A stretch of DNA of 64,000 nucleotides from a phage, in NCBI GenBank assembly GCA_018509705.1, contig GCA_018509705.1_3630.1; one strand, written 5' to 3'. The translations under genes were made by a program, and so were the position numbers. Positions 36,555 through 45,982 of this stretch are shown in pieces. Positions within the stretch are counted from its first letter, which is position 1, and each line of letters starts with the position of its first letter. The notes beneath the pieces are model-generated. The model was not told the origin of the DNA and made no database searches. It saw nothing but the letters and a program-made list of their open reading frames with translations.

Positions 36555-36818
36555 ATGATTGTTTATTTTAAAACTTCAGGTGGATACCCTGATTCTCAAA
36601 GCTTGATCGGAAAAACGTGCACAGCATACTCACCTCTTGATGAGGAGGTAGGCGATATTCTACGAAATATGTATCGGATTGATCCTCAAGAAGCTTTTGA
36701 TCAAAACCTTGTATTTGTCAAGGGCTCAGACATGAAGTCTTTGGGAGCATTCCCTGAAGCAGATGATGATGCCGTTTATTCGTTCATGACCCCTTTTGAA
36801 GCTATGGTTGTTGGGTGA
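36555..36818 (+). CDS. Small paralog family A member (divergent)
   Basis: Similar size and layout to neighbours. Confidence 0.4.
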   Translation: MIVYFKTSGGYPDSQSLIGKTCTAYSPLDEEVGDILRNMYRIDPQEAFDQNLVFVKGSDMKSLGAFPEADDDAVYSFMTPFEAMVVG

Positions 36819-36822
36819 TAAT

Positions 36823-37155
36823 ATGAAAGTACGCTTTATTGGTGAAACAATTCCTGTGCATCTCCGGTCGCCTGAGGATTCTGCAGATCTTGCATCTCAA
36901 AAGGCGAGAGGTTATGATAAGAAAGTAACCTCAACTGATGTAGTGCTTGAGGCTACTAGTCTACCTGACCCTGCTGCATTCTTTAATCATTATGGGTACT
37001 ATTTCAGCAATCTGATGAATATCGGTGAGCTTGTGTTTATTAGTGGTGGAGAGATTGTTAGCAAGCTTGGCGGCGATCCGGATGTCTTTCATGAAACCTG
37101 TCCTTTTGCATTTGTGGTAGGTTCAGATGTGGAAGTTATTGAGGAGGTGCGGTAA
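36823..37155 (+). CDS. Small paralog family A member
   Basis: MKVRFIG start, VEVIEEVR end. Confidence 0.5.
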   Translation: MKVRFIGETIPVHLRSPEDSADLASQKARGYDKKVTSTDVVLEATSLPDPAAFFNHYGYYFSNLMNIGELVFISGGEIVSKLGGDPDVFHETCPFAFVVGSDVEVIEEVR

Positions 37156-37550
37156 TGGTAAGCCTATACCGTGTTGAGTATAGCTCAGATACTGTATACA
37201 ACGTAAGAAGCAAAGATCGCAGCGACAGAGTGCAAGAAATGTATGTTCTTGCCGACAGTCCGTTATCTGCAGCGTTCAAGGCAGGGGCTCTTGCATCTCG
37301 TTGGAAATTTGAAGGCGGATCTTTCTATGAAGAAACCCTTGAAGATTCTGTTGTTATTTCTTCTGTAGAGGTTTCAGATGACTACGAAGGGAAAAAGTTC
37401 GTAATGCGGCACCCACACAGCAACATTGCGTACTACTGGGATGTTCTGAACAACGAGTGGACCCCAGATCTTCAGAAGGCTACTGTGCTAACACCGTTTT
37501 TGGCAGATAAGTTCCCACCAGAAGGTAATTTATCCGCACTGTTTCAGTAA
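37155..37550 (+). CDS. Paralog family B member
   Basis: Shares HP.S..YW...W.P block with ORF 34938. Confidence 0.45.
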   Translation: MVSLYRVEYSSDTVYNVRSKDRSDRVQEMYVLADSPLSAAFKAGALASRWKFEGGSFYEETLEDSVVISSVEVSDDYEGKKFVMRHPHSNIAYYWDVLNNEWTPDLQKATVLTPFLADKFPPEGNLSALFQ

Positions 37551-37568
37551 TTTTCTTGCACACAGGTG

Positions 37569-37597
37569 TTGACAACGCCAACCCTGTGTGAAATAAT
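37569..37597 (+). promoter_or_regulatory. Sigma70-type promoter with flanking inverted repeat (CACAGG...CCTGTG)
   Basis: TTGACA at 37569-37574 bracketed by dyad symmetry. Confidence 0.45.
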
Positions 37598-37629
37598 ACC
37601 TTCATCTTAACAAGACAGGAGACCGATTG

Positions 37630-37887
37630 ATGAAGATTAAATTGAAAAACCTTGAAACGGCAGAGATTCAGGACGGTGTTGATTTCCGTTCTAAAGATGG
37701 TGACATCTTAGAGGTAAATATTCCAACCTACGAGCTGATTAAAGGTTTTGGCAACGTTCAGGAAGAGGATATTACAGAAATTCTTATGATGTTGATTCTT
37801 GACGGAACTGTGTTTGTAGGTGAAGGTGAGAACGCTATTGCAATCCCAGGCCATTTTTATGAAGTAGTTGACGAAGAGGTGCTGTAA
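37630..37887 (+). CDS. Small paralog family A member
   Basis: MKIKLKNL start, YEVVDEEVL end. Confidence 0.55.
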   Translation: MKIKLKNLETAEIQDGVDFRSKDGDILEVNIPTYELIKGFGNVQEEDITEILMMLILDGTVFVGEGENAIAIPGHFYEVVDEEVL

Positions 37888-38238
37888 ATGAAAGTAGAAA
37901 TTACTGGTTTTGATGTTAATGTGGTTCCGGAAGATATTTTAGCTAAACTTCCGGAAGGTTTTGGTAACGGTGTTGTGGTGGATGCTGTTCCTCCTACTAA
38001 AGACATTCTGCTGCAGTATGGTGTAGCAGAGGAAGATGTCGATAAAGTTCTTACAATGATGGCAATCAATCGTGTTGTCGTTGTTAAAGGTCTCGATAAT
38101 TTTGAGAGTGATCCACTGATTATTCGTGGAGATGACTACAAAATCATCGATAATGAAGGCCAAGAGTTCTATGAGCCTTGTGCAGAAGATATTCTTAACT
38201 TATTACTGGAAGCAGGCACCGAAGAGGAGGACGAATAA
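37888..38238 (+). CDS. Small paralog family A member
   Basis: MKVEITGF start, acidic C-terminus. Confidence 0.5.
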   Translation: MKVEITGFDVNVVPEDILAKLPEGFGNGVVVDAVPPTKDILLQYGVAEEDVDKVLTMMAINRVVVVKGLDNFESDPLIIRGDDYKIIDNEGQEFYEPCAEDILNLLLEAGTEEEDE

Positions 38239-38567
38239 TGAAGATTGACCCGTTACTGAAGGCTCGTGCAGAAAAAGCGTACACCATTAAGTTGACCAAC
38301 TTGGTTCCTACTTGTCATCCGGATGTAGGTTGGCCCGAAGGTTTGGTGGAGGGAACTGTAACAGCTGCATACCTTCCTAACATCAAATACCTCATGGAAA
38401 TCTTGGAGCTGGATGAGGAAACGGCAGAAGAGTTCCAGTTGGACATGAAACAAAGTGGGACTCTGGTTATTCACGGGTGGTACAATACTAAAGATGCAGA
38501 AGACCCTCTGGTAACTTCTAATCTGGCATATGAAATCTTAGGGCCTTTGAACCTGGAGGAAGACTAA
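38238..38567 (+). CDS. Small paralog family A member (divergent)
   Basis: MKID start, acidic C-terminus, translationally coupled. Confidence 0.4.
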   Translation: MKIDPLLKARAEKAYTIKLTNLVPTCHPDVGWPEGLVEGTVTAAYLPNIKYLMEILELDEETAEEFQLDMKQSGTLVIHGWYNTKDAEDPLVTSNLAYEILGPLNLEED

Positions 38568-38854
38568 TGAAAGATCTGGTTAAGATTAAGATTAAAGATA
38601 CCAATGGAGAACTCAGCCATTTTGGAATTAATGATGGTGACGAGCTGATCGCACACCTGCCTACCAAGGAGGTTGTAAGCAAAGCAGTTGCCGGAGAAGA
38701 AGCTGCAATGCAGGCTGCAGGTGTGGATGAAAACTATGTAGCTATGTGCATGTGCCGAGATCAGGTTGTTCTGTATAAAGCGTATCGACCAAACGGAGCC
38801 ACGGAGTGGCTTGTATTCCGACCCGAAGGATATGAAATCTTAGAGGCACTATGA
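38567..38854 (+). CDS. Small paralog family A member
   Basis: KIKIKD near start, YEILEAL end. Confidence 0.45.
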   Translation: MKDLVKIKIKDTNGELSHFGINDGDELIAHLPTKEVVSKAVAGEEAAMQAAGVDENYVAMCMCRDQVVLYKAYRPNGATEWLVFRPEGYEILEAL

Positions 38855-38943
38855 TAAATCTTGCCAAGGTTGCAACGGCACTGTTAATTATTTGCTGGTC
38901 AGTAACCTTAACACTGTGTCTTGTATTTCAGTGAGGTGCTTGT

Positions 38944-39207
38944 ATGAACATCCTGATGTGGGTTATAGCAGTGGCGTTTGTTGCATGTTTTTGCTGCTGG
39001 GTTGCGGTGAGGATTTCTGTAGCTACCCTTCGGAAGTTGGGGTTCTCAGAATGGGATATTAATATCCTTTCTTTTCGCAATGAAACAATCTCAGCCGCCC
39101 TGCTTTGTAAGAAATTTAAGTGGGAACCTTGTGAGGTCATGAGCTATCTAAGAACAGGCGATATCCCTGAAAGATTTAAAAAAGTTCTTGACGGCAAGGA
39201 TAAATGA
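38944..39207 (+). CDS. Small membrane protein
   Basis: N-terminal TM helix WVIAVAFVACFCCWVAV. Confidence 0.45.
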   Translation: MNILMWVIAVAFVACFCCWVAVRISVATLRKLGFSEWDINILSFRNETISAALLCKKFKWEPCEVMSYLRTGDIPERFKKVLDGKDK

Positions 39208-39362
39208 CAGTATAGTGACTAACAAGAGGTGAGGGGTGACTGATTTTACTGAAGCTTTAATGACGGCCTTGTCTGTTTTAGCGCTATCGGTGTGTTTTGG
39301 GGCGTTATTCACATCTCTGGTTAAAGTTTTACATACAGTATTATTACCCAAGGAGCGCAGTA

Positions 39363-39614
39363 ATGACGAAGATTGACTTGAATGCTGGTGATCATGTTGT
39401 TGTCAAATGCGTTGGAGATTATCTTGGATTCACAATCGGCAATACTTACGAGGCGGTAGTGGCGAAGGTTTATCATGATAAAGTCCTCAGTCTTGTATTT
39501 GACTGTGATGATGACGGAGATGACCGTTACGTCTGTGAGGTGCTGGCTCGTGACGATAGTGAAGACCAGAAATTCCTGGTTATTGAACTGAACGGTATTT
39601 TTGTAGAACGTTAA
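39363..39614 (+). CDS. Hypothetical protein
   Basis: ATG with AAGGAG RBS inside track ORF 39297. Confidence 0.4.
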   Translation: MTKIDLNAGDHVVVKCVGDYLGFTIGNTYEAVVAKVYHDKVLSLVFDCDDDGDDRYVCEVLARDDSEDQKFLVIELNGIFVER

Positions 39615-39642
39615 TTTAAAACAACATAAGGAGACTCTTACT

Positions 39643-39948
39643 ATGGCTAAATCTAAAGTTGAACTGTTCACCTCTCTTCCTTCTGACACTGCAGAACGTG
39701 ATCGCCTTCGCAAAACAATTGAAGAACTGGTGGAACTCCAGCTTCAGATTAAAGATTTGAAAGATGCCATCAAGGATATCATTCTTGTTGAGAAGCAGGA
39801 TCATCTGTATTCTCCTAAATTCATCAAATCTCTGGTGGCTACCGAGTTCGATATTCGCTATGAGGCTGAAAAACGTCGCGCTAAAATCGAAGAAGAGGTT
39901 GAGCACATGTCTGAGGCAGACATTCTGTTCAAACGCTCTGTAGAATAA
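39643..39948 (+). CDS. Hypothetical coiled-coil protein
   Basis: 101 aa, charged heptad-like sequence; strong RBS; followed by strong terminator. Confidence 0.5.
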   Translation: MAKSKVELFTSLPSDTAERDRLRKTIEELVELQLQIKDLKDAIKDIILVEKQDHLYSPKFIKSLVATEFDIRYEAEKRRAKIEEEVEHMSEADILFKRSVE

Positions 39949-39953
39949 TGACA

Positions 39954-39980
39954 AAGAGGGGGGCTTGGGCCCCTCTTTTT
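39954..39980 (+). terminator. Rho-independent terminator
   Basis: AAGAGGGGGGCTTGGGCCCCTCTT hairpin plus TTT. Confidence 0.65.
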
Positions 39981-40003
39981 ACTATCTATGAAGGAGATTT
40001 GAG

Positions 40004-40330
40004 ATGGGTATACCGATTACTGTAAAAGAGCTAAATGAACGTGATGCAGGTGGTCTATGGCCTGCACGAAAAATCCGCTGCGTCTATATGAAAGAGAATC
40101 TTGAACATCTTGATCAACAGATAAAGGTCGGCGATATTTTCGAGGTCTTCTATTCCAATCGGCGCAACTGGGAAACCATTCAGCCTTCTGGTTTTGTTCT
40201 TGCCAAACTTGACACTGGAGAAGTGATTATCCCTGGGTTGGATATTGTCTTCGAAATTATCCAGGAGTGGGATCCGGATAAGATTAGATACGAAGAATTA
40301 TTCGGTAAAGGTATTATCAAACCTGTGTGA
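40004..40330 (+). CDS. Hypothetical protein
   Basis: 108-aa ORF with GAAGGAGA RBS. Confidence 0.45.
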   Translation: MGIPITVKELNERDAGGLWPARKIRCVYMKENLEHLDQQIKVGDIFEVFYSNRRNWETIQPSGFVLAKLDTGEVIIPGLDIVFEIIQEWDPDKIRYEELFGKGIIKPV

Positions 40331-40338
40331 GGTGGATT

Positions 40339-40638
40339 ATGTCTACAAAGGCGGCTAAATACTCCTATATGCCATCAACCTCTGCAGAGGTAGACTTTAG
40401 TTTCGATGTGTTTCCACTGTTTGAGGTGGTTCTGGCATACCCAACAATACTATCTACTCCTGAATCACTTGTGCCTGTTAAGTTGCAGAACGCTATGCAT
40501 TCTATGCACTACAACAATAAATGTAGGCACAGATGGTGTCAGGACGAGGAGAGAGATTTGGATAGTTTGAGAGATTTTGACAGTCACCTTTTGACACCTT
40601 TCAGCTACTCCAACCTTGATAAGCCTTCATGGGTATAG
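40339..40638 (+). CDS. Hypothetical protein
   Basis: Start reset to ATG 40339 with GAGGTGG RBS. Confidence 0.4.
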   Translation: MSTKAAKYSYMPSTSAEVDFSFDVFPLFEVVLAYPTILSTPESLVPVKLQNAMHSMHYNNKCRHRWCQDEERDLDSLRDFDSHLLTPFSYSNLDKPSWV

Positions 40639-40663
40639 CAAAATATCAAATTTAAGACACCTA

Positions 40664-40690
40664 GGACGCTCTGTGGCGTCCTTTTCTTTA
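40664..40690 (+). terminator. Rho-independent terminator
   Basis: AGGACGCTCTGTGGCGTCCT hairpin plus T-tract. Confidence 0.6.
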
Positions 40691-40851
40691 TATGGTGCAC
40701 GATTGCATACCTTGGACAAATAATCTCGTTACAGAGCGTTTAAGGACGGTCTACAAACAAATCTCTCTTTCGAGCGTAGCGAGAACGCACGTCCGTTTTG
40801 ACCCAAATCACCATACGCTCGGATTTTAACCAAACCCTCGCGGCGTTTCTG

Positions 40852-40880
40852 TTGACACATTACCGCTCCAGTGATAGTAT
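40852..40880 (+). promoter_or_regulatory. Sigma70-type promoter (TTGACA-17-TAGTAT)
   Basis: Read directly. Confidence 0.55.
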
Positions 40881-40912
40881 CCACACATAGTTTGTAGAAT
40901 ATGGAGTACACA

Positions 40913-41002
40913 ATGAGAACATTGTCCGAAGTTTTAGTGGTGATCCTGATGATTATTACGTCCATAGCGGCTGTTGCCGGAATACTCACGGGTGGAACAT
41001 GA
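40913..41002 (+). CDS. Small hydrophobic peptide (29 aa)
   Basis: Hand-translated MRTLSEVLVVILMIITSIAAVAGILTGGT; GGAG RBS; ATGA overlap with next ORF. Confidence 0.4.
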   Translation: MRTLSEVLVVILMIITSIAAVAGILTGGT

Positions 41003-41211
41003 TCAACACACATGCATCTGAAGAGACATCCGAAGGAGTGACCATATGTCCCTTGGCTGATCCAGTGAAAGAGGAAAACTTCGATTCTGAAGATTCTCCA
41101 TCTTCGCTCCAGGTAGATCCTGAGGCTGATGATCTAACGTGGGAAGACATCGTAGACATCTGGTTCTCTATTATGCCTGAGCACGAAGAGTTCAGGGGTG
41201 GTAGACTATGA
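40999..41211 (+). CDS. Small highly acidic protein
   Basis: 70 aa rich in D/E. Confidence 0.4.
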   Translation: MINTHASEETSEGVTICPLADPVKEENFDSEDSPSSLQVDPEADDLTWEDIVDIWFSIMPEHEEFRGGRL

Positions 41212-41332
41212 AGCACCGAGCCCACACAGGTTCCTCATGCTAAAGCATGGCCTGAAGAGGCAAACGTGCATAATTCCAGTGCATTGGAACGTATAAAACC
41301 CAGTTCACACTCTCATTTCCAGAGGAGATTTC

Positions 41333-41548
41333 ATGAAGATAGAAATATTTGGTGGAGCTGACAACACTCGTGGCCTGATTTACCTTGAGTTCGATGAATC
41401 ATACCTGCCAGAGGTGTTAAATATGGACTCTGTTGCTGATGCTTTGGGAGTAAGTCCTAAAGATCTCTACTCTGGTGCTGAGATTGATGGTTGGGAGGAG
41501 ACCATGAACATTGATTTCAGTGAAGTAGGTGATGAACCACTGGACTGA
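41333..41548 (+). CDS. Small acidic protein (family A-like start MKIEIF)
   Basis: 71 aa; AGAGGAGA RBS. Confidence 0.45.
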   Translation: MKIEIFGGADNTRGLIYLEFDESYLPEVLNMDSVADALGVSPKDLYSGAEIDGWEETMNIDFSEVGDEPLD

Positions 41549-43034
41549 CACACAATTAGCTACCCGGCTAAAGTGCTGGGAGCACCTATAACACATCTTT
41601 CAACTAAATTTCCCACCACCACAATCACTTACCTCCCACACATGACTGTTTGCTTGTTTAGTGAGCAGTCATGCCTTGACATTCTTGCCTATCCTGATAA
41701 AATTAAGTTCTTCTCTTTTCTTTTACCGAGTAATTCGGGTTTTCTGTTCTCTTCGGTTTGAAGGGGGTATGGAGATACACCTGAGTGAACAGGGTGAACA
41801 ACCGAACCATTGGCTATGGCATTAGCATGGCGAAGCGGACGGGTGACGAAAGAGGGGCCGGAGGACACCAGTCACTGCCATATGATATATGGGTGATAAC
41901 CTGAAGAATCTGAATAAGTGTTTAAGTACCAGTCAGAGGAAAAGGTGAATGGTAGCTGAAGGGGAGGGGGGTTTCTTGTATCTTTAATTTGTATATTATG
42001 TATACACTTGTAAACCAATTTCATCTGAATCTGTTTACCACACAAAGTGGATAGAGACAAATATTACCTATTAAACTTGAATTATTTATAGAAAATACCA
42101 CAACACCACTTAAGTCTTTGATTTTACACACAAATCCTGCAGATATTCAACCTCCATATTTAACATACTTGTAACATATTCCATACTCTACCTGCCTGAT
42201 CAATTTCCCCAACTACATCCCCCATATTTTCCCTGTCTGTACTACCCCTGCCCCGCCGGGAGTCCCGTCATATCTGGCTTTCCAGCAAATATCACACCCA
42301 CAAATATCATTGCCTGAAGAGGGTTTCATCCCATAATACCTGCCTTGCCTGAAGAGGGTTTCATACGCCACGTAAATTTTTTAATTGACCCCTCCCCGCC
42401 GCCGGAAAGGTTGGCTTTTCTCGCACAGACCTGAAGAGTCAGCCAGAAATATCTGAATAGGCCCAATTCTACCCCGATTTTGACCTGACCTACAGGAGCG
42501 CTGCCCTGTCAGGAGCCGTAGCGACTGGAGTGCTGCCAGGCGGACGAAATGGGAATACTTCTCATTCTTATAACAATTCTCAAATATCGAGGCAGTGAGG
42601 CAAATTAATAGGCCAGGCCGTTCACACAGTGGCACAACATTTGCAACCTATCCTGTGGGGATGAATGAGAATACCTATCATTGTGAGAACCATTATCATT
42701 ACGGGCAATTTAACATAATACCCATTATGCGCACCACTGGCGATACATACAGGGATTGATAACATGGGTTACTGTTTACGCACATAACAATTATATTTCT
42801 TACCATTTGTGTGGGATATAGTTAGCAGCCGATAGATTAGATATTAACCTGCAGACTTCTGACCGTCCAGACGTCTAAACGCCCACACACCAAGGATTAT
42901 ACATACACTCCTGAATGTAAACAGGGCCGCAAAAATGCTACCATACAAGCTTGTAAATTTTTCATGCAGCACTTGACAAAGAGGAGAAAAACTTGTCTGA
43001 CATAATGTGACCTAACTGACACAACATGACACTT

Positions 43035-43121
43035 TTACACACCTATTAGTTTACACACTGGATTGTTTACATTCCTGATTGTTCACATGCTAACCATTTA
43101 CATGATTGACTGTTTACACAC
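43035..43121. repeat. Six phased iteron-like repeats of TTTACA/TGTTTACA at about 16-bp spacing
   Basis: Copies begin near 43035, 43050, 43066, 43082, 43099, 43112. Confidence 0.6.
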
Positions 43122-43130
43122 CGATAATCA

Positions 43131-43394
43131 GCCATGCCATTCGTTTGCATGACAATAATTATACATGACAATAATCGCACTGATTATAATTAGCATGACA
43201 TAATATAAAAGCAGGGCAACTATTAGCAGATCTATAGTTGCCTTGCTTGTCATGTCATGATTAACTAAATACAAGGCAACTATGATCTGATTAATAGTTT
43301 GCAGACAAACTATCACGGGGGTGATGGTTACTGCTTTTATATTATGTCGCGACTCCGTCGCGCCATGCCATTCGTTTGCATAGTTGCCTTATTG
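43131..43394. repeat. Composite dyad region: 20-bp direct repeat GCCATGCCATTCGTTTGCAT (43131-43150, 43362-43381) framing an 18-bp inverted repeat and multiple GCAACTAT sites
   Basis: Inverted arms GACATAATATAAAAGCAG (43197-43214) and CTGCTTTTATATTATGTC (43331-43348); GCAACTAT in both orientations. Confidence 0.7.
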
Positions 43395-43991
43395 TTACAG
43401 ATAAAATAATTGTATTGTTAATTATTTCTTATCTTTCTATTAGTCATCTAATGATTTCAGTTAATATAGTAACGTACAGTAAACATTAGACGACTAAAGA
43501 TTTCTCTGCTTATGGTAACCTAACGTGACAATTCCAGACTGTTTACGAAAAATGTTGACACCTGGGCCGATTTATGTTATGCAGTTTACACGAATAATTA
43601 TTTTATGCAGGTATTGACTATTCCGTTATTCTATGGTTGGAATAAATGCTTAGCAGGCTATAGAATGGCGAGCGTACGTAAATTCTGAGATCTGGCGGCT
43701 ATAGTTATACTCGATTTTTCACGTAGAAAACGCTTTTGTAGTTATGTAAGTGTATGACTTATAAAGATTTTTAGTTGTTGACAAGCTATTGAAGATATGC
43801 ATCAGGTTAAATTTTGTGCAAATGCTGCATTATGTGCAATTTTGGAAGGAAAAACGTGTAAAAATGGCCCTGCTACCACACAATGAAAAATTATGCAATA
43901 GTTATTTTATATGTATGTTTGTACAGTGGGGTTAATTGCTGGCTTGTTGATTATTCCATTTGCCAGGCGGGGCCATTTGTGGTAGGAAAAG

Positions 43992-44022
43992 AGGAGACAA
44001 AAAGAAAGGGGCTTTAAGCCCC
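43992..44022 (-). terminator. Rho-independent terminator for the leftward gene block
   Basis: GGGGCTTTAAGCCCC hairpin followed on the - strand by TTTCTTTTT. Confidence 0.55.
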
Positions 44023-44042
44023 TGACCGTGCACCTTGTTGTA

Positions 44043-44306
44043 TTATTTGTTGCTCATCCAGTTTTCCCAAGCTGCCTGATAATCTGCCTCACTACGGCGG
44101 ATCTCTTCTTGCTCTTCAAGGCGGATCTCTTCTTCCAGGTACCCCAAGATGTCAGCCTTTTTGGTCTGGCGTAACATCCAATCATCTTTTTTACGAGTGA
44201 AGATCTTATAAGCTTTCTCGCAAACCTCTTTTTTGCTACCTTTCTGGACTTCAAGAATTCTGTAGGCCATGTACTGAACTAATTTAAGCTGATCCAGACG
44301 TTTCAT
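44043..44306 (-). CDS. Hypothetical protein
   Basis: Start reset to internal ATG with AAGAGGAAA RBS; charged 87-aa product. Confidence 0.45.
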   Translation of the reverse strand: MKRLDQLKLVQYMAYRILEVQKGSKKEVCEKAYKIFTRKKDDWMLRQTKKADILGYLEEEIRLEEQEEIRRSEADYQAAWENWMSNK

Positions 44307-44367
44307 GATGTTTTCCTCTTTATGTGGTCCTGGTTTAGTGGGCCTTTTGGCCCGTGTCATTATCTTA

Positions 44368-44640
44368 TTACTTATGGCGGCAGAATTCAAGTGTTTTTAA
44401 TTGATAATCTTCCTCAGCCTGGAGTACGACCGCCTCGATCATTTCGTTGGCATTGTTAAAGCCATAACCTTTAGCGAACTCATCCGCGCCACCTTCGTGA
44501 TCATGTTCTGCGTTCATCGCTTCCACAAAATGGAATTCCAAATTGTTGAGGTAGGGGCTTGATGTGCCGTCTTCTTTTTCGATGAGATCCCAAATAGCAT
44601 TAAAACGTGATTCGACTTCTTGATTAATCCAGCTTGACAT
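44368..44640 (-). CDS. Hypothetical protein
   Basis: 90-aa ORF with AGGAGAGAGG RBS. Confidence 0.45.
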   Translation of the reverse strand: MSSWINQEVESRFNAIWDLIEKEDGTSSPYLNNLEFHFVEAMNAEHDHEGGADEFAKGYGFNNANEMIEAVVLQAEEDYQLKTLEFCRHK

Positions 44641-44851
44641 AGTGTTTTCCTCTCTCCTGGTTATTGTGTGGGCACTTTTGCCCCTTCAAGATAAATGTTA
44701 CCCCACCCCATGGCAGATGTCAACGGTTTTTATAGTTCTTATATGACAGGCAGGCCCGGTGATTGTCTCCACCCGTCGCCAGGTGCCTGCCGTGAAACAA
44801 GTATAACAAAAAACAGGACCATTGCAAGCCCTGTTTTGTAGTTTATAAGGA

Positions 44852-45043
44852 TTATATTTTTTCGCCTATGTAGTCCGGTCGGTTTTTCTCTGTCATGCGC
44901 TTGAGCAATTCTTGCATGTTGCTTATGGCTTGCAGTGTATCCCCTTCCAGACTTGAATCAACATAATCAGGATCGTCTATAACCTTTCTATGATTATGAT
45001 AACGCAGTACCGCCAATACCTTTCTAACTTGTTCGATATTCAT
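44852..45043 (-). CDS. Hypothetical protein
   Basis: 63-aa ORF. Confidence 0.35.
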   Translation of the reverse strand: MNIEQVRKVLAVLRYHNHRKVIDDPDYVDSSLEGDTLQAISNMQELLKRMTEKNRPDYIGEKI

Positions 45044-45055
45044 TTTTATCGCTCT

Positions 45056-45190
45056 TTAAAACAAGGTGCCAACCGTTCCCAATAGATCACTGACTACCAG
45101 GACAATACTGATCAGCACATACCTAACCATAAGGGGAAAGAGCGCCAGCGATCCAGCCACAATCCCCAAGGTGATGATTATCTTTCTCAT
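45056..45190 (-). CDS. Small hydrophobic peptide (44 aa)
   Basis: Hand-translated MRKIIITLGIVAGSLALFPLMVRYVLISIVLVVSDLLGTVGTLF; start 2 nt after upstream stop. Confidence 0.35.
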   Translation of the reverse strand: MRKIIITLGIVAGSLALFPLMVRYVLISIVLVVSDLLGTVGTLF

Positions 45191-45192
45191 GG

Positions 45193-45477
45193 TTAACGGT
45201 TTACGTAAGCTTTACCGTTTACGGTGATGGGCAGATCTTCCAGGTCTGGATCTTCCTTAAGGTCGCGAGCAAGCTCACCGCACCGGATACCCTCGAATCC
45301 GTAGTACTCTGTTGTGCCGTCATTAAAAGTTTTAGCGGCAAGGCATAAGCGATAAGTAACCCAGATTTGATTGACGGCATGGATATCCGTTAGATTAACC
45401 TCTTTTGCCAGCTCTTTAGCCATTACAGGCGCATTAAGTCCAACAACCAGGGCAACTACTGCGATCATCTTTTTCAT
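45193..45477 (-). CDS. Secreted/periplasmic protein with signal peptide
   Basis: N-terminal MKKMIAVVALVVGLNAPVMA; AAAGAGG RBS. Confidence 0.5.
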   Translation of the reverse strand: MKKMIAVVALVVGLNAPVMAKELAKEVNLTDIHAVNQIWVTYRLCLAAKTFNDGTTEYYGFEGIRCGELARDLKEDPDLEDLPITVNGKAYVNR

Positions 45478-45568
45478 TGTGTCTAGCCTCTTTCTGCTAC
45501 GTTTAAGGCGGCGGTAACCGCCTGTTTATGATTTATTGGTTAATTTTCAGGTATCGCTATAAATTAAA

Positions 45569-45793
45569 CTATGCTGTACGCTCAACTATAACAACGGTTT
45601 GAGGGATCTCACCTTCCACCACTATCAAGGCCTTTTTCTGCGTGATGGATATCTTTACCCGTTGCAGCGTGGCGGTGAAGTCTTTCATTTCGTCACGTGG
45701 TGTTTTAGTGCAATGCCAGATCTCAGGCTTACCTATTTGCAAGCCGCGTAAAAATTCTGTTTTACCTGTCTTATTCGTGATCATTTGATTCAC
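45569..45793 (-). CDS. Hypothetical protein
   Basis: 74-aa ORF. Confidence 0.4.
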   Translation of the reverse strand: MNQMITNKTGKTEFLRGLQIGKPEIWHCTKTPRDEMKDFTATLQRVKISITQKKALIVVEGEIPQTVVIVERTA

Positions 45794-45794
45794 C

Positions 45795-45899
45795 TTAACC
45801 GATACCGTGGGAAGATAGGATCATGTTAGCCATAGTTGCAACCACTCCAACCGATAATGCCAGGCCAACTACTACAACCGTGAAAATTTTCTCTAACAT
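45795..45899 (-). CDS. Small hydrophobic peptide (34 aa)
   Basis: Internal Met of track ORF with GAGGG RBS; single TM helix. Confidence 0.35.
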   Translation of the reverse strand: MLEKIFTVVVVGLALSVGVVATMANMILSSHGIG

Positions 45900-45982
45900 G
45901 ATTCTACCCTCATTAATGGGCGTTGCCTTATTGCCCCGCCCTACGAAATACAGTCTATCAAGTAATAAACTATTGTCAAGAT

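Noticed and set aside
42381-42635. 84-aa - strand ORF in the non-coding junction
   Set aside because: Sits in a compositionally odd C-rich/G-rich tract with no RBS and no neighbouring genes; likely non-coding.
43778-43806. + strand promoter from TTGACA at 43778
   Set aside because: No acceptable -10 hexamer at 16-18 bp spacing; kept only as a weak candidate mentioned in the junction finding.
41550-44040. tRNA genes in the large non-coding junction
   Set aside because: No cloverleaf-compatible sequence with a GTTCGA-type T-loop and matching acceptor stem was found by eye on either strand; a tRNAscan-type search would be needed to be certain.
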